This document shows positions 35,831-47,360 of a stretch of DNA of 64,000 bases, one piece after another. Position 1 is the stretch's first letter; every line of letters starts with the position of its first letter. The position numbers and the translations under genes are program-made. The notes below the pieces were generated by a model. That model saw only the letters and a list, made by a program, of their open reading frames with translations, did no database searches and had not been told where the DNA came from. The DNA is from Chiloscyllium plagiosum (Eukaryota), in assembly GCF_004010195.1 (NCBI RefSeq), contig NC_057720.1, positions 28,524,483-28,588,482 of the forward strand, written 5' to 3'.

Positions 35831-36914
35831 GGATATGGTACCAATTGTAAGGGTGCAATTATTAATCCTCTTTTTATTATTCCATATATGGCACATACAA
35901 AAGTAAGTATAAGTTTGCAGATTTTAGCAAATTCAGCATACCTAATGGAAAGAACATTTTATTCTGAACATACCCTACACTCATTCAAAAAACCCACAAA
36001 CTGGACTGGTGAATTTAAATATCCTCTTTCCAACTATCATCTGTGCCACTCATTATTTTAAACATTTAATTGATTGTTTCTCAATCATCATGTTTAAGTT
36101 GCAATTAAGTTCAATTCTATGGATGATCTCTCCTCATAAGTTCAAAATTTTCAATTATGAAATCATTCCTTTCTACTAACTTGAGAATGTGGAGGAAGTT
36201 AGAGGGAAAAAATGGTAAACCTTCTCAAGAAAAGTGTAGCTGTATCACAGGTCATTGTAACACGAGTTTAGCAGTTGTTAGACATAGTTAGAAAACTCTG
36301 TTGGCAAAGAAATAGCAAGTTTAACATCCACATCATTGTTAATGCGTATATCATCTAGCAATTTGTGGTGAATAAGTGAAATGTTGTGATTTACGGATTG
36401 CTGCAAATTACTGGATGATTTGTACCTATTGCCACTATAGACTTGGAAAAATGACAGCCTCTTCTCGGCCTCTAGGAGTTTAAAGGATTGTAGCTTATGC
36501 ACTTGAACTACCAGTTAAACTCGATGCAGAAGCTTACAACTGAAACTTCACAGCATGAATTCCTTTTTCTTTAATAAGATAAATGCTCCTGCCATGTAAC
36601 TCCATCTCTCTTGCCCAGAAACAGATAACTTGAAATTGTTGACACTCGTTCAAACATGTACTAAATTAATATTAACAGCTTTTAAAATTTTGTGTCTTTC
36701 AAGCCATCTTGTTTTCAATCTCTCTCATTCCAATTTTTCTTTTCCTTACAATATTTCTTCTTTTGTGCCTAATTTGACTCACATTCATGTTATTTCCTCA
36801 AATTTTGATTAAAGAGATAGACTGTTGATCTCATTGTTCACAAACTTTCCAGACATCCTTACCACACCAATGACACTTGCACATCCAGTATTAAAAATAT
36901 CAAACTAAATGCGA

Positions 36915-37578
36915 AACCATTTTTACAAACACAGTGCATTTTGGAATTCTCTATCTCAGACAGCAGCAGAAGCTTGATTATTGAGTATGTTCAAGACAGA
37001 TCTAAGGATTTCTAGATATTAATTAAATCAAGAAATATTGAGGTAGTATGGGAAACAGAGTTAAGGCAGATGATCATCCATGATGTAGAATGGCAAAGCA
37101 GGCTTAGATTACTAAATGGCATATTCTTGCTCCTATGTTTCTAATGCCACAGAAGAGATTAAGAGGTGACCTTATAGAAGTTTATAAAATAATTAGGAGT
37201 ATAGATAGAGTTAATGGTAGTTGACTTTTCCCAAGGAAGGGGGATTTCAAGTCTCGGGGGCACAGTTTTAAGGAGGGGGATTTCAAGTCTCGGGGGCACA
37301 GTTTTAAGGAGAGAGGAGAGAGATTTTAAGAAAGACATGAGAGGCAATTATTTTAACGCAGGGGGTGGTTCACATGTGGAATGAACTTCCCGAGGAAGTG
37401 ATGGATGCAGGTACAATTACAACATTTAAAAGACATTTGGATAAATACATGAGTAGTGAAGGTTAGGAGGGATATGGGCAGGAGCAGATAGGTGGGACTA
37501 GTTTAGTTTGAGATTATGTTAAGCATGGACTGGTTAGACCCAAGGATCTATGACTCTATATGCTGTATGACTCTATGA
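36915..37578 (+). mobile_element. Two adjacent CR1 3' fragments (old ~36915-37140; younger ~37150-37578)
   Basis: RGDLIEVYKII, FLTQ.VV..WNELPEEV; tail ctatgactctatga. Confidence 0.8.
37238..37309. repeat. Perfect 36 bp tandem duplication
   Basis: agggggatttcaagtctcgggggcacagttttaagg x2. Confidence 0.95.
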
Positions 37579-38565
37579 TGAGCAAGTTATGAGCAATTAT
37601 TTAAGATGCTTTGCACAGACTGCTGGTGACCTGATGTGAGTTTAATTTTCATTAAACTGGGAAAATAGGTATGTTTGGTAGTTCACATTTTATAGCTTAA
37701 TGTGTGAAGGTGAGTTTAATAGTTAAGAACTGTGGTAGAAACCATGAGTATAGTTTTTCCTTTTCTGAAAGAGACAGGTACAAATATCAGAAAATCTTGG
37801 TCATCTACCAGCTGAATAATTTTCCTGATGCATCGCTAAAACGTTTGAATTCTAAAAAAAAATCAATGGCTTTCCCATTATCAAAAGGAGCATCAGGGCA
37901 CAATGAAATTCCAATAGCTGGAGTCTTTTTTGACAGGCAGAAATTGCAGATGACACTGCACCCTTCAAACCACTCTGTGTGAAGAAATGGTCTAGTGATT
38001 GCAATCAAAATGAGTTAACAAAAGAACCAGTGTCTCATAATAGCAATTCATTGATGTCATATGCTACAGCACATTATAACAGGCTAACAACTAAACTATG
38101 TCGTAGTTTGTTCCACTCAATGTTAATTTATCAATACTAAATAATACAAGTGTGTTGTAGTTTCAATATGCACCCATTATAAAAGCCATACTTGTGGTAG
38201 ATGTTGGGATTGGGTAATCAGTCCATCTTTTTGGTGTATTAGCTTATTCAGATTATCACAATATATTCACACAGAGCTCCAACAACAGCAAAGGATTTCA
38301 ACCAGTGAGATGCATTTTAAGTAACCAATGTGGTAGAATGTAGCATGCATTAGTCACAGCTAAAGGCCCTGGTGGGTTTCAGATACAAAGATAAGCAAAA
38401 TGTAAGTAATGTCCCAAAGGCTATGTCTAGAACAGTCTTCAGCTGAACCTCAAAAGGATTCCATAAAGCTAAATAATGGAGCATACCAGAAAATGACAAC
38501 AGATCCAAGACAGACCCAGACGAGAGAAATGATTCACAAGTTTCTGTTAAATGGGTGACATGAGT

Positions 38566-40400
38566 TATTTATTTGGAAAATGCAAATCCCTCAAGCCAAA
38601 AGATGGTCTCCTGAGTTGCTGTGTATAAAAGGATTAGTCTGCCCCTTAACCTTCAGAAGGAATGCTCTTCAGTAATATGCAACATTGTTTGTGGCTCCTC
38701 GAATGTATAAGGGGTTTGCACTGAGTATCGACTGGCAGAATTGGCTGTGCTGAGACACTGGCTTGTCTTGAATTTGTTTAGCCAGGACCATTCTTTCCAT
38801 GGTACTTCAACAGAGAGATTTTGTCACAAGGAACTTGCTCTTAACTTTCTGTGGTTCGCGTTTCCAAATCCAAATGGCACCTGCTGGTAAATGTTGTTCA
38901 GGTAAGCTGCCTCATATGGGACACTGAGATGAAAGGCAGGCCGTGGGATGATTGAGCAGGTCATCCTGGAGTGATATGTGAGGTGCAGTATGAATGTTTT
39001 CAACCAGCTTGTGGGTTTTCTTCAATTGGTGGACATAAATGTTTGCGAGCACAGGAAGCCAGGGAAGAGGCAGGGGGTAGGTGGTTATGATGTTGGAGTG
39101 GAGTGTTCCAGCTCAGTTAAGAGTCTGCAAAATATTTGTGGTGACATTGCGCAGTATTCTGTGGAGTACAATAGACCCGAGAATGACAACAGATCCAAGA
39201 CAGACCTAGACGAGGGAAATGATTCACAAGTTTCTGTTAAATGGGTGACATGAGTTATTTATTTGTGGGTTTTCTTCAGTTGGTGGACGTCATGATGTTG
39301 AGTGGAGTGCTCCAGCTGTGATGCATATTATTACGTTTAGTTGAGAAGCTGAAAAATGTTTATGATGGCCTTTGCACAGTACACAGTGGAGTACGATGGA
39401 CCAGAGAAGGTAATGGCATTGTAATAATATCATGTACTGAAAAACAAAGGCCAAGGATAATACTCTTGGCACATGGATTCAAATCCCTCCATGCCAGCTG
39501 GTGGAATTTAATTAACTGTATACAATCTGGAATTATAAAACCAACCTTGTGATGAACAAAATAACTATCATTGATTGTTGTAAAAGCTCATCTTGATCAC
39601 AAATGTGCCTTGGGGAAGGAATTTAGTCATATTTATCCAGTCTGATCTACATGTATCTCCAGACCCACAACATTGTGATTGACTTGTAACTGCTCTCTGA
39701 AATGGTTTAGCAAGCCACTCAGATTATGGGCAATTAGAGATCCCATGGAGGAATGAACAAATCAGAGTTTTGTGGTAGGGGTGCCCCACTTAGATCCAGC
39801 AAATTTGATGAGTGGGTCATTTTTGGTTTAGACTATTGCACCTGTTTTACTTTTTACAGATGCTGTTGGAAGGGCAAATTTCTGTTTAGATAATCTCAAG
39901 TATGTTGTTTTAGGACCATGCTTTAGTCTCTGACTATTCATAGATATAATGCAATTTTATTTTTCAGTGGCATTGTGGAGGTTGAATGCATTGGATATGG
40001 TTTGAGAGGGATTCCATGTGAGATACCATGGGATCTTGAAGGTTTACAGCACAGTAAAAGGCCCTTCAGATCACTGAGTCTGCATCGGTCCAAAAACAAG
40101 CACCCACCTATTCTAATCCATGTGCTGCAATAGTCCATCAACTTTGCAACATCTTCATTAAGGGTCTGGTCCAAGGTGCAGAAGCATAGCCCTTGGTTGT
40201 CATCAGTATAGATGAACTTGTAAGGTGTGGTTATTGGCAGGCCATGTATATAGATGTCAAACAGCGTTAGATCTGATTAGTTGTTCATTGGTGAGTGTCC
40301 ATGCACTTCTCCCTTGTCTAAGATGAACTCTCATAAATCGTCAACTGTGACAGTGTGTTTGAACAAATCTAGATTTCAAGCATTCTCGGCTTCTTTAGGT
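38566..40400 (-). mobile_element. Vingi/Ingi-like (I-group) LINE fragments
   Basis: Minus strand TLFDIYIHGLPITTPYKFIYTDD..TLNEDVAKLMDYCSTW (~40118-40270); LLYSTEYCA (~39147-39175); WKEWSWLNKFKT..EPQTMLHI..WL (~38590-38805); (aaat)n tail at ~38566-38575; interrupted by other repeats. Confidence 0.6.
39410..39760 (+). repeat. Old tRNA/CORE-like SINE
   Basis: ggtaatggcattgtaataat...ggattcaaatccctccatg...ctccagacccaca...gcaagccactcag. Confidence 0.55.
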
Positions 40401-40619
40401 TACTGAGTTATTTGGTAGAACATAGACATTCTAAAAAATGTGAAATGAAAATATGTTACAAACAACCATAAAGTCAGAAATTAGTCAATGATCAATTAGA
40501 AGTTGGAGATAGAGAGAAGTATTTCAAAGTTGGCTTTGTTTCTGAAGGTGGAAAGTGAAGTGGACTTTCCCATTCCTGATCACATCAAGCTTTACTGTGG
40601 TCCAGCATGGATAGTATTT

Positions 40620-40792
40620 AAGAACATAGAACATAGAAAAGTACAGGACAGAACAGGCCCTTTGGCCCACGATGTTGTACCGAGGATTATTCCTGATCTA
40701 AAATAGAATAACCTAATGTATGCACCCCTCAATTCACTGCTGTCTATGTGCATGTCCAGCAGTCACTTAAATGTCCCTAATGACTCTGCTTC
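40620..40792 (-). mobile_element. CR1 3' tail
   Basis: (agaacat)n then gaacaggccctttggcccacgatgttgt; reverse complement of the 21100-21222 type tail. Confidence 0.8.
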
Positions 40793-41199
40793 CAAGAGTG
40801 TTCAACTTTTCTTAAATCCTCTGAAATCCTCATTGTTTTAATTCTTGACAATTCCTTTGATTTATAGATACTAACTAGCGTTGTACAGATCATAGGTGAC
40901 CTTTTCTATTCGTACAGGTTGCTGTATATATGTACTTTTAGTAACATATTTCAGAGATATGTTTAAATGTTTACTTTAGTTGTACCACAGGTTTTTGTGT
41001 AACTTTGTAGTCTATGGGTCAATCCAATTTTGTTTCATTTAAGTTCAAGTTGAGTTAAGTATACTGGAGGGTGTTTCATCTTGAAACTTAATGAGTTCTC
41101 TTGCTGTTACTTACAAGTTCGCCACATTAGTTACCTATCACAACCTTATAATGTCTCTCATGTCTGATTCCAGCTCCATCTTACCATGCACTGTTCCTA

Positions 41200-42020
41200 G
41201 AAGAACTCACTAATCAGCAAATATCCCGGATTTCACTGGCATACCTTCTGGCCCTGCCACCTTTGAAAGCCCATTGTCAGATTGGAGCTGCCCTGCAGTT
41301 TCTGACATTTTCCCTGAGCACGGCAGACAGGGGGAGATCTGTGCTGTGTTTTGCCAGTGGGATCCTGGAAGTCCTGCATGCCAGGGAAGTATAGAAGCAG
41401 GACTTCCACTTCTCATGATCAGCAATGGAGACCACATCACAGACTATGCCTTGGACCCTGGTCCAAGGTTGCCTCCCATGGCCACCTGGAGGAATGCCCA
41501 GCAATGGAGGCAGAAGACATTTTCCTCTTCAGGGTAAGTGCCTTCATCCTCTCTCCAGTACTATCTCCTGGTACTGCACACACCTCCCAACAAGTCTCAT
41601 GCTCCACTACTATCCCTTATTGTCTGCAACATCTTCCCTTATTTTCTCTCACCCATCTCAATCCACAAAAGGACAAACCCCGCATCACTTCTGTGCTGCT
41701 CTCTCACTCACTTGGGACACCTCTCCACCTGCACCAGAACTACCAAATGTGCCACTCACTTTCATCTCCCTTAATATGTGCCTTTCTTTCATTCCAGGAG
41801 AAAAACAGCCCACAATAGGGTTGGGAAGAGTCAAAACAAGTGACAAGCTGACCTACATTTTCCTCCTCACCGCTTAGGTGGAGAGGATGTTAACTCTGAC
41901 CATTCGGAACAGGCTCTGAACTGGCATCGGAGGCTGCTTCTGACTCACTGTGCAGGGACGCCTGAGCGAAGGCAACCTCCATTGACTTGACTGAGATCTG
42001 CTGACAATCACAACAAGTTT
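41200..42020 (+). mobile_element. Possible PIF/Harbinger remnant (Myb/SANT-like ORF with intron)
   Basis: RNAQQWRQK followed by donor gtaag (41534); acceptor ttctttcattccag (41798) followed by EK-TAHNR...LT..VER, resembling the Harbinger Myb-like protein. Confidence 0.35.
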
Positions 42021-42899
42021 CCTTCCTTTGTGTCTGTGCTAAATGGCAAGGCAAGATAGAAATAATGTGAGCCTACCATTTCTGGCTGAGTGGTCAAAGC
42101 ATCAAGAAGATGAGACAAAGCAATGAAAAGCAGAGCTGCTGTGAGCACCTTGGTAGGTTTAGAGTGCTATGAGAGTGGGAGAAAAACCTTGAGGTATACT
42201 CTGGTCCAGTCCATGAGCTGGGTGCATGTTACTGAGTGCAAAGTGTCCTTGCTGCAGCATCAAAATGTTAGTTGTTAGTGCAGCCTGTGGTGTGCAGTAA
42301 AGTGCAGACATGCCTTGTAAGTGGATTGATGATGTGTGTTGAGTGCTCTCAGAGAGGGTGGCACATATTGGACACCAATGCTTGTGTGCGTGGGGTGCAC
42401 GTGGCCAGTGGCCATGAAGCATTCTTTGAGATGTTGGCACCCTGTGCCCAATATGGAGGTCCTTCAGAGTAAGCGGCAGCTAAATCCACCAGGTACGCAA
42501 CTTGCTTTCCATATTGAGTTTGTTTGACATCTAGCTTGTTTGGCATGTTTGGGAAGATAGACCGCTAAATATTAGTAAGGTGTGTTTAGCCATCAACAAG
42601 TAGTAATTCCTCTTAATAGGCAATTTGCTGCTGCCTGATGAGAAACTTACTATGATGTTTGTGAAAAGTGTAAACATGGTGGGACATTGAGGTCCTGACA
42701 TTGAGTTTGCCCTTTTTGCCCTGTTCTGCCACACATTCACCAGAGCCCGTGTCGCTCAGATCCTGATAAGATTCTGCCCATTTAAGACTTATTGGTTTTA
42801 CACATAAATTATTACAATAACACAGGAGAAGCACAGAAGGCATTTATTTTAGGATTATTTGCTCTTTTTGCAACAAATTGGCAACTTTCACCATATGAA

Positions 42900-43150
42900 A
42901 AGAGAAGAACAGCAGATGCCTGGGGACATCACCATCTACAAGTTCCCCTCCAAGCCACAAATCATCTTGATTTGGAAGTGTATCACTGTTTCTTCATTGT
43001 TGCTGGGTTAAAATCCTGGAATTCTATTTGTACCAATACTGTGGATGTACCTTCACTCTAAGGACTGCAGCAGTTCAAGATCAAACACATCTGAAGGGAA
43101 ATTAGAGACGGGCATTAAGTACTGGCAGCAATTCTCACATCCTGAAAACA
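42900..43150 (+). mobile_element. L2/CR1-superfamily LINE 3' end
   Basis: agaacagcagatgcctggggac...aaaatcctggaattc...ggactgcagcagttcaag. Confidence 0.6.
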
Positions 43151-43199
43151 AGTAAAATAATATTTTTAAACCTCCTTAACCAAAATACAGCATTATTCT

Positions 43200-44404
43200 T
43201 GAGAAGCAGATACTTTCTTGAGCAGCTGGTGGTGACGGGGAAAACCAAAGAGCTATCATAATCAGAACTTAGACCTTTTGAGACCTAGAGAGACTAGATA
43301 CCAAACTGTCTTGGTTCCTATATGATTACAGGACCAACCCTCATGCAACTACAGTAGAGTTGCCAATGGGGAGAAGATTCTGCACCAGGTTAAATCTAAT
43401 CTTCGTGACCTGGGTGGAAGGTGAAATGGCGTCAGGAACTCTAATACCAGACACAAGGCTCCATGAAGCGAGAGGGACTGTTTACTTCAGGGGACAAAGT
43501 TTGGTGTAAGAACCACAGGAATGGTAAGGGGCATGGTCAACACAAGGTCAGGTCCAGTGACATATAAAATTCAGCTATGTGTGACAGTTCTGAATAAGCA
43601 TGTGGACGATAGGAAAATTGCAAACTTACAAATAGTGTGGGAACAAAACATGCCAGGCTCCTCGACAGCTTTTCCAATTGTTCCAGAACCTGTGGCTTCT
43701 CCATCTCCATCCAGCATTGGAGGTATCCCCAGAATCTGCGATGGACACAGCACATGTTGGCATATCAATGCTATTGTCACCTGAAGAAGCAGATGAATTT
43801 CTAATACCACCCTGATGTTGTACAGGGAGGCATCACATGTGAGTACCAGATCTTACTTGGGATCATACTGTGCCAACACTTTCGAGGATGATAGCTGTTT
43901 CTTCACTTCCCTGAAAGCTATGACTTGACCAATCCAAGGCTGACCCTGTTTTGGGAGTTGATGCAATAGTGTCAGGATGAAGGCCAGGTTGTATATGAAT
44001 TTTCCACAAGCTTAAAGAAAGGCCTCTCTCTTCCGAGAGATGCAAAAGGCAAGCTACTGTGTGTTACATGCTGCCCGTATCAGAGGCAGAGTTGTAAGAA
44101 CCTGACCCAGTGCTAAAGTGAACTGGGGAGGAGCTTCAAAAAAAACTAGGACACCACAGACTCAGAGGGGCAGGGATGTATTGATTGTAATGAGATTAGC
44201 TAGATGGACCTCTTAGAATAAGAGTTCCCTGATTGGGGCTGTTGATCTGTTCCAAACAGTGAGCCCTGGCTGACAATATAAACAGGACTGTCAGACATCC
44301 TGGTTAAGCTGAGAGCTGGCTCTGAGGGAGCTGCAGCAGTGTCAAGGATTCTTAAATGAAAGGTGACTTGGTGACAGGATTGTGGTCTCTCTGGAGTTAT
44401 TTCA
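43200..44404 (+). mobile_element. Ty3/gypsy 3' fragment: integrase C-terminus, polypurine tract and 3' LTR
   Basis: MGRRFCTRLNL, F.SGDKV, GPVTYKI..KHVD; purine tract agaggggcaggga 44164-44176; LTR tgta...ttca 44177-44404. Confidence 0.75.
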
Positions 44405-44619
44405 CTTTGCCTTTGTCACCATTTACTTTCATTTATAGATTGTTAAATAGTAAGAGCATCACTTTCCTGCACATTTTCAATCTAATGGCCTTCCCAAACC
44501 ATTTAATAACTGATAATTATATTTTCAAAAAGAACGACTGGTGTCTAGTTGGTAATTGCAGCCAATTTTCACACAGCAAAAGCTGAATTTTATCAAAATT
44601 TGTCTCAATCTCAATTTTG

Positions 44620-44765
44620 AGAAATGGAGGACTACAGATGCTGGAGATCAGAGTCAAGAGTGTGGTGCTGGAAAAGCACAGCAGGTCAGGCAGCATCTGA
44701 GGACCCTTCCTGATGAAGGGTTAATGTCTGAAATGTCGATTCTCCTGCTCCTCCAGCACTCTCAA
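44620..44765. mobile_element. Internally deleted PLE family-1 hairpin
   Basis: Tailed arm followed by cctgatgaagggttaatgtctgaaatgtc; TSD ctcaatctca[a/g]ttttg (44604-44619, 44766-44781). Confidence 0.85.
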
Positions 44766-45639
44766 CTCAATCTCAGTTTTGTTGAGTTTCATGGAAGTTT
44801 CTGTCCACAAGTCCAAGGAGGTTTCTAAACATTATCTTCCCAAATTCTCCTCATTATCTTCAAACCACAACTCCATGGTACCTTGCTTGTTGTATTCTCC
44901 CACTCACTGCAGGTGGAAGTAAGATACGCAGTCACTGCTCATGGACCATGCCTGGCGATGTTGGTGACTGATGGAGGGCCAGCGGAGCAAGAAACAAGCT
45001 GAAGAGGCCAAGTTACTGCTCTGACATTCATGTTAGGAATTCTTACTATTCTCTCCAGCATGTTGGAGAAGGGCAAGTTGCATATTAATGAGGTGAAATG
45101 GCATGATCATGAGAATGTTAATATAAAGAGGTCTCTTGTCGTTCACTTGTGAGAATCTTGTCTTGCTGTTTAACTCTTGATTATCAAATGGGAAACATTT
45201 AGCTCTTGATGTCAGGAAGCTCCCCATTGGCCACCTCATGTAATTCTCTCAACTTTCTTGCCAATGTCCACTTGTTCAGGGGTAGAGAAGATTCCACCCC
45301 AAGGGTTTGAAAATACCACAGAAGTTAAGTGACAACTGGCCTGACCATATTTAGAGCTGCAGAGCCAATTATTGATCACTGTGACATTTAATTATTGGAT
45401 TTCAACATTGTACATTTGCAACTTTAATTCTTTTACAAAAGAAAAGACTGTTCATCTTTGGTGACTGAGTTTTTATTGAATGCTAAACTTGCATTCCATT
45501 TGAGTGAAATTGAATTCAGCTCAGATAAATTAGGTGAAGTTCTCCTTTACCTGTAAGAGTCTTATGTGAAGTAACTTCAGGAATGCTCCTACTGAGTTCA
45601 GGTTTACACCACAAAATGGTTGATAGCATAAAGAAGGAG

Positions 45640-45800
45640 GAAGAGATTTGCATGTATGTGAGGTCTATCATGACCTTTGGATGTCTCGAGGTGTTTTGCT
45701 GCCAATTAAGTACTTTTGAAGTGTAGTTGTAATTAGGAAATGAGGCAGTCACCTTCACACAGCACTGTCCCACAAAATGCTAACAGATAATTTGTTTTAT
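45640..45800 (-). repeat. Deu-domain SINE 3' part
   Basis: gccaattaagtacttttgaagtgtagt...aggaaatgaggcag. Confidence 0.55.
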
Positions 45801-46487
45801 TTTAACACCAATTCAGCACGATACTGAATTGCTCATACACATCTTAAGTGCGAAACTACATAGATACATAATACATCTGCAATTGAGCTTATTATTAATG
45901 CATAATAAAGGGAACTTTATGTCTGGATTGTGCATATCTTAGTGGTACTTGATGGTGAAACCAGATTCCCAAAATAAAAATATGTTCCAATCCAAGGAAC
46001 TGGCATCCTTCATTTTATGAGCAAAAACTTCCCTCCTAAAAATAAATTAAAATAAATGTCTTTTGAAAAAGCCTTTGGGTCACCAAAACTTATTAAATTA
46101 ATGGCTTAAGTTTGAATTATATAGTGTACAACAGGACCCTGAAGGCTGCCTCAGGGCAGTATTACTGTTTCTCATTAATTTATTTCTGTTGGAGACAGTG
46201 CCTTAGGTGACAGACATGGTTGTATTATGGTCCAATCATTTCAACAATGAAAGGAACTAAACCTCTTGTAATTTTTTGTTCATTTGTGACTCTGTGTGTA
46301 AAGCAAAACAAAACTAATAGTTACTAAACTAAACTAAAATTTAAACAAATCTGTAAGGCTTGATTGAGTTAGGAGTTCATTCTTGGATGATAAATTCTCT
46401 CCCTATCTATTTCTTCTTGTGTTAAATCATGTCAGATGTAGTCTTGATATAAAATAAAATTGCTGTCAGTGCACCAAAAAGTAGTAA

Positions 46488-46850
46488 GAAGAACCTGAAT
46501 TTGCACAGAGCCTTTCACAACTTTGGAATGTCCTCAAGCACTCCATACTCAGTTAAGTATTGAACCATAGTCACAACTTTAACATGGGAAATGCCACAAC
46601 CAATTTGCACAGTGAAATTTGATGGTGACCAGATAAGCTGTTTTAGTCTGCTGGCTGAGAGATAATTATTGACCAGAGCACCAAGAAGAACAACTTCACA
46701 GTTCCTCTTTTAGAATAGTATCATGGAATCTTTGAAGCGCCTTCTGGTAGACAGTCTTGGTTTAAAGTTTCATTCAAAAATATAGGCTGCTGCCAGCACT
46801 GCATCGCTCCTTGTCTATGTCAGCTTAGATTATGTGTTCAAGTCTCTAGG
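46488..46850 (-). repeat. Deu-domain SINE
   Basis: gcctttcacaac...caaccaatttgcacag...gaccagataa...tagaatagtatcatggaatctt. Confidence 0.6.
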
Positions 46851-47149
46851 GTGGGTGGTTTTTCATTTCCCCAGCCACCATACTTAAAGCTTGTCTTTTA
46901 TGTGATTTTTAAAGACCAATAGCTACCTCGTGCAACTTTTTCCATAAGATATTTCTACTTGGTCACCTCAAATTGTCTTAAAAAATAAGAATTTATGCAT
47001 TCAAACAATGATGCACAGTATCTAAAAGCATTAATCAAAGCAATTTGGATCAATTAAATAGGCTAACAAGCAAACTTTAAGATGAATAAATAGCATTATA
47101 GGTTTGTGGACCAGGATTTCTGAGGAAAGGGATGATCATGATCACAACT

Positions 47150-47360
47150 GGAAAAAAAATGCATGCAACCTCTATTAAATCCACAAGAATTCCTAAAGTG
47201 CATTTCAGTGATTGACTGCTTTTGAAGTATCATTGCTGCTAAATAGTCAGACAGACCAGCTAATTTCTAACCAGCAACATGCTACAAAAAGAAAATAACC
47301 TGTTTGGTCCTTTCTTTGATGATGTTTGTTAAGAGAAAAATGTTGACCAGGTCACAGCTA
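47150..47360 (-). repeat. Decayed Deu-domain SINE
   Basis: gactgcttttgaagt...gatgatgtttgttaagagaaaaatgttgaccagg. Confidence 0.4.

Noticed and set aside
38492..39408. CRISPR-like array or LTR pair
   Set aside because: Eukaryotic context, only two copies, no regular spacers, no TG..CA ends; the interior is LINE-derived.
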